From the NCBI GenBank assembly GCA_027365725.1, contig DAHXMA010000025.1, positions 26,611-90,610 on the forward strand: a DNA stretch of 64,000 nt, given 5' to 3'. The position numbers and the translations under genes are program-made. Position 1 is the first letter of the stretch. Every line of letters starts with the position of its first letter. This document shows, in pieces, positions 45,540 to 54,666 of this stretch. The notes under the pieces are model-generated. The model saw nothing but the letters and a program-made list of their open reading frames with translations, was not told the DNA's origin and made no database searches. The DNA is from Candidatus Micrarchaeota archaeon. Its GTDB lineage: Archaea; Micrarchaeota; Micrarchaeia; Micrarchaeales; CABMGC01.

Positions 45540-45569
45540 ATTGCGCATCAAATAGGAAACGTGTAGTAA

Positions 45570-45800
45570 ATGATATATGCAATAGTTACGTCACTTGACC
45601 GTGACCACCTGTCAGCAACTCCAAACGAAGATGTTGACCTGGAGAGCCTTATAGGGAAAAAAGTCCAGTACGTAGACAAGAGCGAAAAGATATGGCCCGG
45701 AACAATAATTTCGGTAGAGGACCCTTTCGTAATAGTAAAGTTTGATGAATTCCCTTCCGGATTGGGCCAAGGGCAGATGCTAGAGATTTTAGATGAATGA
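45570..45800 (+). CDS. hypothetical small protein (beta-barrel-like)
   Basis: 76-aa ORF with a well-placed TATA box. Sequence [47 protein letters not shown]. Family not recognised. Confidence 0.5.
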   Translation: MIYAIVTSLDRDHLSATPNEDVDLESLIGKKVQYVDKSEKIWPGTIISVEDPFVIVKFDEFPSGLGQGQMLEILDE

Positions 45801-45853
45801 CGCTAATGCTGCAGAGCCCTATTGCAGTATAGGCGGATACTAATCCGAACCTA

Positions 45854-46096
45854 TCACTTTCCGCAAAGGATCTCAAGCATTCCAATCGCAGCTATCCTTT
45901 CTGCGGTTTCCTTTAGGGCACTTTCAGGTCTTTCCTCGTTGCCAGAGAAACTTTCCAGCATTTCAAGGACATCCTGCCTCGACTCAGGAAATGCGACAGC
46001 AAATTCCTCAAGGCCGCATGTAATGCCCAAAGGCTCTTCGCTTCTCTGAAAAACCTGCATTCTAGCCATTGTTTTTTGGTCCATCCCCATCCCCAT
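45854..46096 (-). CDS. hypothetical small acidic protein
   Basis: 80-aa ORF. TTTAAATA box (plus-strand coordinates 46116-46123) lies 20 nt upstream of its ATG. No family recognised. Confidence 0.4.
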   Translation of the reverse strand: MGMGMDQKTMARMQVFQRSEEPLGITCGLEEFAVAFPESRQDVLEMLESFSGNEERPESALKETAERIAAIGMLEILCGK

Positions 46097-46115
46097 ATCT
46101 ATTATGGTTCAGTGA

Positions 46116-46123
46116 TATTTAAA
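46116..46123 (-). promoter_or_regulatory. TATA box for ORF 45854-46096
   Basis: TTTAAATA on the minus strand, 20 nt upstream of ATG 46096. The spacing matches other promoters in the window. Confidence 0.35.
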
Positions 46124-46212
46124 CCTTTTGTGCTATTTTATCAAAAGTTCCGCTATTCAGCTTTCAGTAATTAAGATGTGAATTTTGGAACGGCTGAAAT
46201 AGCATGTCGCCG

Positions 46213-47799
46213 CTAAAGCCTTGACTGTTTTTTCGGCTCTGATCCAAGTTTAGCCTCAAGGCTTGCATTAACGATCTTTATAAGGCTCATCATCTTTTCC
46301 TCCCTCTGCTGGGATATGCGCAGGTATATCTGGTCTCGAGTGCCACGTGCAACAATTATATACACCTCTCCCACGTCCGACCTTCCAGTCCTGCCTCTTC
46401 GCTGTATGTTCCTTATCTCATTGGGTATAGGCTCGTAAAATATCACAATGTCAACTCCCGGAATGTCAATGCCCTCCTCGCCTATAGAGCTAGCAACAAG
46501 AACATCAAAATTGCCTTCCCTAAAACTCTGTATGACTCTTTTTTGCTCCTCCTGCGTAACCCCTTCCTTCTTTCCAACAAATGCCTCTGCTTTTATGCCC
46601 TTTTTGCGTATATGCTCAGTAAGCATCTTAACCGTGGATCTGTATTGCGCAAACACCATCGCTTTTCTTCCCGCATTTTTCTCAAGCAGTTCTACGAGCG
46701 CGTAAACCTTTGGATGCTCTTCGCCCGCGCCGATCGCCCTGATTGCAAGTTCCCTGGCTGCGATTATGCGCTGGCTTTTGAGCAGGGATTCAATGCTCCT
46801 GCTTTTTTTGTCTTTGGCATATAGGCCGTTCATATAGCTGAGGAACGGGCCTATTCCTTCAGTAAGCACAAGGTCATATGCATGGTTGAGGTTAAGCAGC
46901 TTAGAATATGCGGCCATAGCTCCCATCCTATAGTTTGGCGCCTGTATCTGCCTTATCTGGTTTCCAAGGTCGATGAGCCTGCCCTTGGGCATGAATTCGA
47001 GCTTGAACCTGAGCAGGCCCATGCTGTTCAGGGTCTTAAGGCTTGCGTCCATCTCCGGTCTAAGCAATCCTGCTATTGCATTTATCCTATCCCCTATGTC
47101 AACATATACAATGTGTATATTCTTCTGCATAACATAATTGACAACGTCTCTATCATATGATGTCCTAGCCTCAATATGTCTTATTCCAAGAGACCCTACA
47201 AGCTCATTTATCCTTTCCCTTTTGCTTCCTGGGGATGCAGTAAGCCCTACCACTAGGACGTTGCGCACAATGCACTCATTAGCTACATACGTGTACGCAT
47301 ATTTACCCACTGCTCTATGGCATTCATCGAAAATAACCGAGCCGAATCCGTCAATAGACAAAAGCCCCTTCCTTAAGTCATTTGCCACTGTCTGCGGGGT
47401 AGCTATTATGACTTCCGCACTGTTTTCCTGCTCTGACCTTAGCTTTTTGCTTATAGTGCCTGTGAGAAGCAATACATTTTCCTTTGGTACTTTAAGAAAC
47501 CTTGACACCGTTGCATAATGCTGCTCTGCAAGCGGTTTTGTTGGTGCAAGTATCATCGATTTCTTCCCGGAGGACAACGTATTTGCTATAATGCTTATGC
47601 CTATGAATGTCTTTCCAAGCCCGGTAGGCAGCACCACAAGCGTGTTGCCGTGCGCATATATCGACTTTATTATATTTAGCTGGTATTCCCTGAATTCAAC
47701 GCCATCGAGATTTACCAGGTTCTTTGTTCCGCCAAGCATGAGCCATCTCGGGTCTGCTGCTAATTTGTCAACCACTAGATTACCGCGCAACTGTTTCAA
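46213..47799 (-). CDS. Hef/FANCM/Mph1-type SF2 helicase, helicase-only (no XPF nuclease domain)
   Basis: FREYQLNIIKSI, motif I LPTGLGKTFIG, motif II DECHRAVG, TASPG, an insertion of about 200 aa between the RecA lobes, then VATSIGEEGIDIP-like ASSIGEEGIDIPGVD and QRRGRTGR. It ends 528 aa in without an ERCC4 motif. Confidence 0.8.
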   Translation of the reverse strand: MKQLRGNLVVDKLAADPRWLMLGGTKNLVNLDGVEFREYQLNIIKSIYAHGNTLVVLPTGLGKTFIGISIIANTLSSGKKSMILAPTKPLAEQHYATVSRFLKVPKENVLLLTGTISKKLRSEQENSAEVIIATPQTVANDLRKGLLSIDGFGSVIFDECHRAVGKYAYTYVANECIVRNVLVVGLTASPGSKRERINELVGSLGIRHIEARTSYDRDVVNYVMQKNIHIVYVDIGDRINAIAGLLRPEMDASLKTLNSMGLLRFKLEFMPKGRLIDLGNQIRQIQAPNYRMGAMAAYSKLLNLNHAYDLVLTEGIGPFLSYMNGLYAKDKKSRSIESLLKSQRIIAARELAIRAIGAGEEHPKVYALVELLEKNAGRKAMVFAQYRSTVKMLTEHIRKKGIKAEAFVGKKEGVTQEEQKRVIQSFREGNFDVLVASSIGEEGIDIPGVDIVIFYEPIPNEIRNIQRRGRTGRSDVGEVYIIVARGTRDQIYLRISQQREEKMMSLIKIVNASLEAKLGSEPKKQSRL

Positions 47800-48060
47800 A
47801 GTCAGGCAAGAGCTAATAGCTATTTAAAATTAATAAACCCTGTCGCCTAAGCCTTAGAATGAGGTGCCCGCTGCCCGCACGCGCCCTGCCTGCAAAGCGT
47901 AAAATAGCAATGCCCAGCAAAAAGGCACGGATCAGGCACAAGAGCAAACCCTTGCAAAAGCAGCTATATTAGAGAAGTGACTTCAGCGGTTTTATTTCAT
48001 ATTGCATCGCTCAAAAGCAGGCTTATAAATTCAGTTGTTCAAAATATATATGAAATATTT

Positions 48061-48777
48061 ATGAAACTAAATAACATATACAAAAAGCACATAGAGCCGC
48101 ATTCTCATCCAACATTCCTTTCCAACTTCATATTAGGTAGTCAGGACGGCCTGGTGAATGTACTTGGCATACTTTTAGGATTATCTGCGGCAACCACTGA
48201 CATAAGGCTGATTATAGTAGGCAGCCTAGCTGCACTTGCAGCGGAGTCAATATCCATGGGCGCAGTTGCATATACGTCAACTTTGGCAAGACACAAGCAC
48301 TATCTAAAGGAGGTGGAGCGTGAAAAACGCGAAATGAAGGAAATGCCGAAAGCCGAGCGCAAAGAAGTAGAAGTCGTGCTAAGTGAATGGGGATATGCCG
48401 GGAGAAAGCTCAAGAGCATGACTGAAGGAATATGCTCAAATCCCAAGGCAATGCTAGAGTTCATGATGGCTTTTGAGCTGAAGCTTTCGCCTGTGTCAAA
48501 ATCAGAAGCTAGGTACAGCTTTACCACAGTACTGCTTTCAACCATATTTGGCTCTAGTCTGCCTCTAATACCATTCCTGGTCTCAGGTAACATTCTATAC
48601 GATGTGATATTTTCTGTAATTCTGAGCGGATTTGTATTGTTCATTATAGGATACTACGAGGCAAAAGTTACTGTCGGGTCGCTATGGCGCAGCGGCCTGC
48701 AGATGCTTGCAATAGGCCTTTCTGCCGGAATAGTAGGGTATCTAATAGGTCATTTCCTGGGAGCAACGCCTGTATAA
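48061..48777 (+). CDS. VIT1/CCC1-family iron/manganese transporter
   Basis: FILGSQDGLVNVLGILLGLSAAT, a central acidic cytoplasmic helix region and C-terminal TMs. Start set to ATG 48061, with CTTATAAAT 31 nt upstream. The track ORF begins at 47977. Confidence 0.75.
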   Translation: MKLNNIYKKHIEPHSHPTFLSNFILGSQDGLVNVLGILLGLSAATTDIRLIIVGSLAALAAESISMGAVAYTSTLARHKHYLKEVEREKREMKEMPKAERKEVEVVLSEWGYAGRKLKSMTEGICSNPKAMLEFMMAFELKLSPVSKSEARYSFTTVLLSTIFGSSLPLIPFLVSGNILYDVIFSVILSGFVLFIIGYYEAKVTVGSLWRSGLQMLAIGLSAGIVGYLIGHFLGATPV

Positions 48778-48790
48778 ATTCCACCGAAAA

Positions 48791-49585
48791 TCAAAGCTTC
48801 TGAGAAAGGAATCCTATTACAACATTCCAGGAATCCTTTGCCGCACTCTCATTGTAGCTTTTTGCAACACTGCTGAAGAATGCATGGTGCGCTCCAGGAT
48901 ATATCTTGTATTCAAAGCTCTTCCCTGCAGCTTTCATCGCTTTCTCAAGCTCAGGAACCTTATCCGTTATCCTGTGATCTTCCCCTCCGTACAGGCCAAG
49001 CACAGGGCAACGTATATCAGCAATCTTATCAGGGGGAGGATTTTCTCCGTAAAATATCACCGATGCCTTTAATTCCCTAATACTGCATGCAAGTCTTCCT
49101 GCAAGCGTCCCTCCCATGCAGAATCCTAGGCATCCTATCCTGTTCCTGTCCGCCGCTTCATTTTCCGAAAGCCATCTAAAAGCAGCTTTCAGGTCCTCTA
49201 TGTTTGTAGAATAGCTCCTGTTTGTCATCCAGCTCCATGTGCGCTGCACCATCTGTCTTTCGGATTCTGGAAGATCTGCCATCTTCGATTTTACGAAATC
49301 CTGGTTCCTCTGCTCTGAGGGAGGTATCGACATGATGAAAGCCATCGACTTCTCTATCTCTTCTGGGGAGGGGTTTCCAGGCCTGCTGTATAGGTGCGGT
49401 GCGATAACAGCATACCCTTCCGAAGCAAACCTGTTAGCTATGTCTCTGAGGTTGTCGCTCAGGCCAAATATGTCATGTATAAGAACGATGCCCGGCAGCC
49501 TGCTTCCGCCTCTGGGCGCGGCAAAATACGCCCTTATCTGCGCCCCAGCGCTATGATAATTAATTTCCTTCTTTTCAATTTCCAT
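48791..49585 (-). CDS. dienelactone hydrolase-family alpha/beta hydrolase
   Basis: PGIVLIHDIFGL, nucleophile elbow GFCMGG and C-terminal YPGAHHAF. An SD-like GGGGGT lies 4 nt upstream of the ATG. Confidence 0.8.
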   Translation of the reverse strand: MEIEKKEINYHSAGAQIRAYFAAPRGGSRLPGIVLIHDIFGLSDNLRDIANRFASEGYAVIAPHLYSRPGNPSPEEIEKSMAFIMSIPPSEQRNQDFVKSKMADLPESERQMVQRTWSWMTNRSYSTNIEDLKAAFRWLSENEAADRNRIGCLGFCMGGTLAGRLACSIRELKASVIFYGENPPPDKIADIRCPVLGLYGGEDHRITDKVPELEKAMKAAGKSFEYKIYPGAHHAFFSSVAKSYNESAAKDSWNVVIGFLSQKL

Positions 49586-49743
49586 TCAACCCCCTACAAA
49601 ATAGCATCTGCAACTGCAGATCCAATCAAACAATTATTCATTAATATTTATAAAATCATAGCTGGAAAGCTCGGCCCCTATGTCAAGGCTAAATAAAAAG
49701 TATCAAAAAAAAGGCATATAAATGCAGGCTGCTAATTAAGATT

Positions 49744-50202
49744 ATGGACACAATGCTTAGCAAATACCCCCAATCCAACTACATATTGGCGGCAAATTCA
49801 TCTGAAAAATGGGAAAACTCAAAACTTACCAAAGAAGAGGAAGATGTCATAGTACGCAAGCACACAGAAAGGCCATTTACAGGAGAGTACGATGATTTTT
49901 TTGAGCCAGGGGTATATGTGTGCAAAAGATGCGGAGCAGAGCTTTACAGGTCTGAAAGCAAGTTCGATGCAAGGTGCGGATGGCCAAGCTTTGACAAGGA
50001 AATTGCAGGAGCAGTTAAAAGGCTTCCAGATCCAGACGGGATAAGGACCGAGATAGTTTGCGCAAGCTGCGGCGCCCATCTGGGCCACGTCTTTGTAGGA
50101 GAGCGGCTAACTGCAACAAACACAAGGCACTGTGTCAATTCGATTTCCCTAAAGTTCGTGCAAACAAAAAAAGGCGGCACACCTGGCAATATATCCAAAT
50201 AA
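49744..50202 (+). CDS. msrB: peptide-methionine (R)-S-oxide reductase
   Basis: Zinc CxxC pairs (CKRCGAELY, CASCGAHLGHVF), GWPSF and catalytic RHCVNS. Confidence 0.92.
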   Translation: MDTMLSKYPQSNYILAANSSEKWENSKLTKEEEDVIVRKHTERPFTGEYDDFFEPGVYVCKRCGAELYRSESKFDARCGWPSFDKEIAGAVKRLPDPDGIRTEIVCASCGAHLGHVFVGERLTATNTRHCVNSISLKFVQTKKGGTPGNISK

Positions 50203-50254
50203 AATTCCAACGCCATATTCACAATGAATATAATGCCAAACAAACCAGATCTTT

Positions 50255-50422
50255 ATGGAGAAATATGACAAAGAGTTTTTGGATTACATGGAAAAGAAGT
50301 ATAATATAACCCTAGAAAAGGCTACAACAGGCAGCGAGATTGAGATAATACGGTTTGCTGCTGCCTGTGATGTATGGAAACAGGCCAAGAAGACATATCA
50401 GGGAAAGGACGTATCACCGTAA
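50255..50422 (+). CDS. candidate 55-aa small protein between msrB and msrA
   Basis: Hand-translated ATG ORF, MEKYDKEFLDYMEKKYNITLEKATTGSEIEIIRFAAACDVWKQAKKTYQGKDVSP*. It fills the msrB-msrA gap. No other support. Confidence 0.25.
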   Translation: MEKYDKEFLDYMEKKYNITLEKATTGSEIEIIRFAAACDVWKQAKKTYQGKDVSP

Positions 50423-50425
50423 CCG

Positions 50426-50962
50426 TTGGTTGACTTGGACAGTAAAAATAGGACAATAGTGCTCGGCGGAGGATGCTTTTGGTGCACCCAGGCAATATTT
50501 GACATGTTCAAGGGCGTTGTCAAGACAACGCCCGGGTACGCCGCAGGCCATACAAAGAATCCTACATACGAGCAGGTGTGCAGCGGTAAAACGGGCCACG
50601 CCGAAGTCATAAAGGTGGAATACAACCCCAGCGTGGCAAGCCTAGAGAAGCTACTTGAGATATTCTTTGCTGCGCATGATCCGACTTCGGTCAACAAGCA
50701 GGGAGATGACATTGGGGCGCAGTACCGTTCCATAATACTATACGAAGACGAGCAGGACCTGAGGATAATAGAGGCTTACATAAAAAGCATATCTGGCAAT
50801 TTCAACAAGCCAATAGCCACCGAGGTCAAGAAGCTGGAATATTTCTTTCCATCTGAAGATTACCATAAAGACTACTACAAGCTCAACCCTCTACAGCCGT
50901 ATTGCATGTTCGTAATCCGGCCAAAAGTGTCAAAGATAAAGAAGGAATTCGGGCTAAAGTAA
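50426..50962 (+). CDS. msrA: peptide-methionine (S)-S-oxide reductase
   Basis: VLGGGCFWCTQAIF active-site motif, GHAEVIKVEYNP and QYRSII. Non-ATG (TTG) start in the track. Confidence 0.9.
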   Translation: MVDLDSKNRTIVLGGGCFWCTQAIFDMFKGVVKTTPGYAAGHTKNPTYEQVCSGKTGHAEVIKVEYNPSVASLEKLLEIFFAAHDPTSVNKQGDDIGAQYRSIILYEDEQDLRIIEAYIKSISGNFNKPIATEVKKLEYFFPSEDYHKDYYKLNPLQPYCMFVIRPKVSKIKKEFGLK

Positions 50963-50970
50963 AGCCGCCT

Positions 50971-51492
50971 TCAATCGTAAGCCATCGGCAGGAGCTCGGA
51001 TATTTTCATAACAAGTATATTATTCATCCGCATGTCTGACATTATCACATCGATGTCTCTCCTAGATGGCTTTGTGAATTCGTATATGAACTGGCGGCAT
51101 GGGCCACACGGCGTAAATATATATCTCTTCTGCGTTTGCCCATCGTGCTTCTTTCTGCCTATTACCGCTATTGCTATAAATCTGCGCATGCCTTCGGAGT
51201 TAGCCTTTACTATGGCCGCCCTTTCTGCGCATATGCTGTTCCATTTCGCCTTATTTGTAACGTTTGCGGCAGACACGACCTTCCCATTTGCTGCAAGTAT
51301 TGCAGCGCCAACCTTTGTCTTTGTGTACGGATTGTATCCATTTTCTATGGCCTCCTTTGCGCTTAGCAGCAGCTCCTTGTATCTATCTGGCAGTGCCGAA
51401 AAACTTGTAAATCCTCCCTGCCTTCTAATTTGTAAGTCTCTCACAAAACCAAGGATAATCTGCCGCGAAAAAATTATAAACAAGCCGTCCAA
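50971..51492 (-). CDS. cdd: cytidine deaminase
   Basis: Zinc ligand motifs CAERAAI and PCGPCRQ. The N-terminal extension and start are uncertain. Confidence 0.8.
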   Translation of the reverse strand: MDGLFIIFSRQIILGFVRDLQIRRQGGFTSFSALPDRYKELLLSAKEAIENGYNPYTKTKVGAAILAANGKVVSAANVTNKAKWNSICAERAAIVKANSEGMRRFIAIAVIGRKKHDGQTQKRYIFTPCGPCRQFIYEFTKPSRRDIDVIMSDMRMNNILVMKISELLPMAYD

Positions 51493-51626
51493 AAACAGAG
51501 TTCGCCAAACGCGCAGGTTTCGGGTATGCAGGTAGCGCCATACGGCATATGGCTATAAAAATGTTTGATATTATATAACTCTGTTATAATCTTAGAATAT
51601 GCATTGGCATACTTGTAGGTCTACAA

Positions 51627-51965
51627 ATGGATAACTATGAAAAAGCAGCGAAGGAAATTGTGCCAGCCGCACGCGCAATGATAGCACGGCAGCTGAGCGA
51701 AAAATACAACATGACAGAGTGCCGCATAGCTGCAGTTTTGGGAATAGCCCAGGCTGCGGTAAGCAAGTACCTAAACAGCAGGCAATCCGAAGTAACAAAG
51801 GCGCTATACGCAAGAATAAGCGATTCAAACATAACCAATTATATTGAGAAGATAGCTGCAGGAGATACAAAATCGCTGAACATGTGCATATGTTCGATAT
51901 GTTGCTCGATAAATGATTTTGGATGCAGTTTCTCTTCATTTAAGAGCGGCAAGGCGCAAAAGTGA
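51627..51965 (+). CDS. HTH transcriptional regulator with C-terminal Cys cluster (candidate Fe-S sensing regulator of suf)
   Basis: HTH region TECRIAAVLGIAQAAVSKYLN, and C-terminal CICSICCSINDFGC (nt ~51885-51926). It lies immediately upstream of sufB on the same strand. Confidence 0.6.
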   Translation: MDNYEKAAKEIVPAARAMIARQLSEKYNMTECRIAAVLGIAQAAVSKYLNSRQSEVTKALYARISDSNITNYIEKIAAGDTKSLNMCICSICCSINDFGCSFSSFKSGKAQK

Positions 51966-51969
51966 GCAA

Positions 51970-53382
51970 ATGACAAACGAAGGCTTGGAAGAAGTGGTCG
52001 AAAGGAAGGAGTACGTAGAAAAATACGGCTTCTATCAGGACGTTGAATACGAAGATTTCCCAAAAGGTCTTTCAGAAGATGTAGTGCGCAAGATATCCAG
52101 GCTCAAGCACGAGCCAGAATGGATGCTTGAAAAAAGGCTTACCGGGCTTAAGGTCTTCTACAGCAAGCCCATGCCAAAATGGGGAGCCGACCTCAGCGGA
52201 ATAAAATTTGATGATTTTTATTATTTTATGAGCGCAAAGGCGAAGGAGTCCAATAAATGGGAAAACGTTCCGGAAGACATAAAGCAGACGTTCGACAAGC
52301 TAGGCGTTCCAGAAGCAGAGAGAAAGTTCTTCTCTGGCGCAGAGGCTCAGTTCGACAGCTCAGTGGTGTACTCACACGTAAACGAGGAGCTTGGAAAATT
52401 AGGAATAGTATTTACAGATACAGATACTGCGGTAAAGAAATACCCAGAACTCATGAAAAAATACTGGGGCAGCGTTATACCCCCGTCAGATAACAAGTTC
52501 GCCGCGCTGAATACAGCCACATGGAGCGGCGGAAGCTTCATATATGTGCCAAAAGGCGTAAAGGTGCCCATGCCGCTGAATGCTTACTTTAGGATAAATG
52601 CGAAGAATTCCGGCCAGTTCGAGCGCACGCTGATCATAGCCGATGAGGGGGCAGACGTGACATACCTGGAAGGCTGCACCGCGCCGGTATACGCCCATGA
52701 CGCACTGCACTCCGCAGTAGTAGAGCTTATTGCCCTTGAAGGTTCCCACATAAGATATGTTACGATCCAAAACTGGTCCAAGAATGTGTATAACCTCGTT
52801 ACGCAAAGGGCACACGTCGCCAAGAACGCCAAGGTGGAGTGGATAGATGCAAACATAGGCAGCAAGATAAATATGAAATACCCAAGCATATTTCTGCAGG
52901 GCGAGGGAGCAAGCGGCGAAGTGCTGTCAATAGCAATTGCCGGGCAGTCACAGGTTCAGGATTCAGGGGGCAAAATATATCACCTTGCAAGTAACACCAC
53001 GTCAAAGATAATATCCAAAAGCGTTTCAAAGGGCAGCGGCGTAACTACTTTCAGGGGTCTTCTCCACGTCGCAAAAGATGCAGAGAATGTCAAATCGCAC
53101 GTATCATGCGATGCCCTCCTGCTTGACGAAAATGCAAAAACAAACACCTACCCATACAACCAGATAAACCGCAATGATGCCATGATAAGCCATGAGGCAA
53201 AGGTAGGCAAGATCAGCGATGACGAGATATTCTATCTCATGTCAAGGGGAATATCAGAGGACGATGCAACAGCCATGATCGTCCTGGGCTTCATAGAAGA
53301 CCTGACAAAGGTCCTGCCAGTGGAGTACTCCCTTGAGCTCAAAAGGCTGATAAAACTGGACACCAGCAAAGGAGTAGGATAA
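51970..53382 (+). CDS. sufB: Fe-S cluster assembly scaffold protein SufB
   Basis: Family blocks are present throughout (YGFYQDVEY, FERTLIIADEGADVTYLEGCTAP, AKVGKISDDEIFYLMSRGI). Start set to ATG 51970, after the regulator stop. The track ORF starts at 51913. Confidence 0.92.
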   Translation: MTNEGLEEVVERKEYVEKYGFYQDVEYEDFPKGLSEDVVRKISRLKHEPEWMLEKRLTGLKVFYSKPMPKWGADLSGIKFDDFYYFMSAKAKESNKWENVPEDIKQTFDKLGVPEAERKFFSGAEAQFDSSVVYSHVNEELGKLGIVFTDTDTAVKKYPELMKKYWGSVIPPSDNKFAALNTATWSGGSFIYVPKGVKVPMPLNAYFRINAKNSGQFERTLIIADEGADVTYLEGCTAPVYAHDALHSAVVELIALEGSHIRYVTIQNWSKNVYNLVTQRAHVAKNAKVEWIDANIGSKINMKYPSIFLQGEGASGEVLSIAIAGQSQVQDSGGKIYHLASNTTSKIISKSVSKGSGVTTFRGLLHVAKDAENVKSHVSCDALLLDENAKTNTYPYNQINRNDAMISHEAKVGKISDDEIFYLMSRGISEDDATAMIVLGFIEDLTKVLPVEYSLELKRLIKLDTSKGVG

Positions 53383-53412
53383 GCACAGCACTGTGCAAAA
53401 AAGGTAAAACAA

Positions 53413-54666
53413 ATGTCTTCACACAAAGAGTTCCTGGCAGACGCCATGTCGCATTACGAGTCCCTGCCAAACGAGACAAATGAGATATATAAGAAGTATC
53501 AGGTAGACCTTCCGCTCAGGTTTGCAGAAGCAGAGCTGCCATCAGACTCAAAGAGTCACGCAGCCGAAGCGGACTCAGTATGCTCAGAAATCGAATCTGC
53601 CACCAAAATAAAATTCGATGCAATAATATCAAGCCATTACGCAAAATCAAACAGCCCAGAGGTGCGCATATACGGAACTGACGACGTGGACAAAGATGCG
53701 CTCATGTCAAAGATGTTCAAGAGCAGCGAGGATAAGCTTGCCGCATTTGCAAACGCCAGCTCAAAGCACTTCATATTTATAGAACGAGCAGGTGCAAATA
53801 AACAAGGCCTAAATATGCTTTTCGTGAACACCTGCAACCTTTCGTCCCAGGTGTTTTTCAATGTTGCACCAGGTTCAAAGCTGGAGCTGTTCGAGCTGCA
53901 TGTGTCTTCAAAGGACTGCAAAGGCATTGCGTCAACTCTTCGCGAAGTTGTGGTGCCAAAGGAATCCGAAATAGAGATAAACTCAATCCACAATGAGAAC
54001 GAGGGAACCGATGTAGTCAGCCTGTGCAAATGCCGTACAGATGAGAAATCCAGGTTCAGGGCAAATTTCGTATATGTTGGCGGAAGGAATACAAAGACTA
54101 AAAACATTGCGGACTCGGCGGGCCAGCAAAGCAGCGTGGACATAAGCGAACTTGCATACGGCAGCGGTGACCAGAAATTCGACCTTACGACATTCATAAC
54201 AAACTCAAAGCCCTATAGCATTGCAAGACTAGAATCCGGAGCCGCACTGGAGGGAAAGTCACACTGCATGCTTAAGGGGTTTGCAAAGGTTGACAACGGC
54301 GCCAAGGGATGCCTGTCAAAAATAACAGAGCGCGGCATACTTCTTAGCAGGGACGCGCGCGTAGACGCTCTCCCTGACATGGCTATAGACTACAGCAATG
54401 AGGTAAAAGCGACACACTCCGCGGCAACTGCCCCAATAGATAGGGAGGCGCTGTTTTACCTCGAATCTCGCGGACTTGACGAAAAGCAGGCGCGCAGCAT
54501 GTACATAATAGCTTTTCTTGGAAAATATGTTGCAGGCATGGCTGGAGGAGTGCCACACGAGGCTGCAATGTCAATAATGCTAAACAAGCTTGACAAGAGC
54601 CCTTACACGGCAATGCCAAGCCTGACTACAAAAGGAGCTTGGATATCAAGCAGGCGAAATGCATGA
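53413..54666 (+). CDS. sufD: Fe-S cluster assembly protein SufD
   Basis: C-terminal beta-helix block (GKSHCMLKGFAKVD..., NEVKATHSAATAPIDREALFYLESRGL), paralogous to SufB. Position between sufB and sufC. Confidence 0.85.
   Translation: MSSHKEFLADAMSHYESLPNETNEIYKKYQVDLPLRFAEAELPSDSKSHAAEADSVCSEIESATKIKFDAIISSHYAKSNSPEVRIYGTDDVDKDALMSKMFKSSEDKLAAFANASSKHFIFIERAGANKQGLNMLFVNTCNLSSQVFFNVAPGSKLELFELHVSSKDCKGIASTLREVVVPKESEIEINSIHNENEGTDVVSLCKCRTDEKSRFRANFVYVGGRNTKTKNIADSAGQQSSVDISELAYGSGDQKFDLTTFITNSKPYSIARLESGAALEGKSHCMLKGFAKVDNGAKGCLSKITERGILLSRDARVDALPDMAIDYSNEVKATHSAATAPIDREALFYLESRGLDEKQARSMYIIAFLGKYVAGMAGGVPHEAAMSIMLNKLDKSPYTAMPSLTTKGAWISSRRNA

Noticed and set aside
46097-46212. Possible C/D-box sRNA (GTGATA ... 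CTGA elements) in the spacer upstream of the helicase stop.
   Set aside because: The box sequences are imperfect and the box spacing (about 85 nt, or 27 nt between candidate C' and D) does not fit the ~12-nt guide architecture. The AT-rich element is better explained as the TATA box of ORF 45854-46096.
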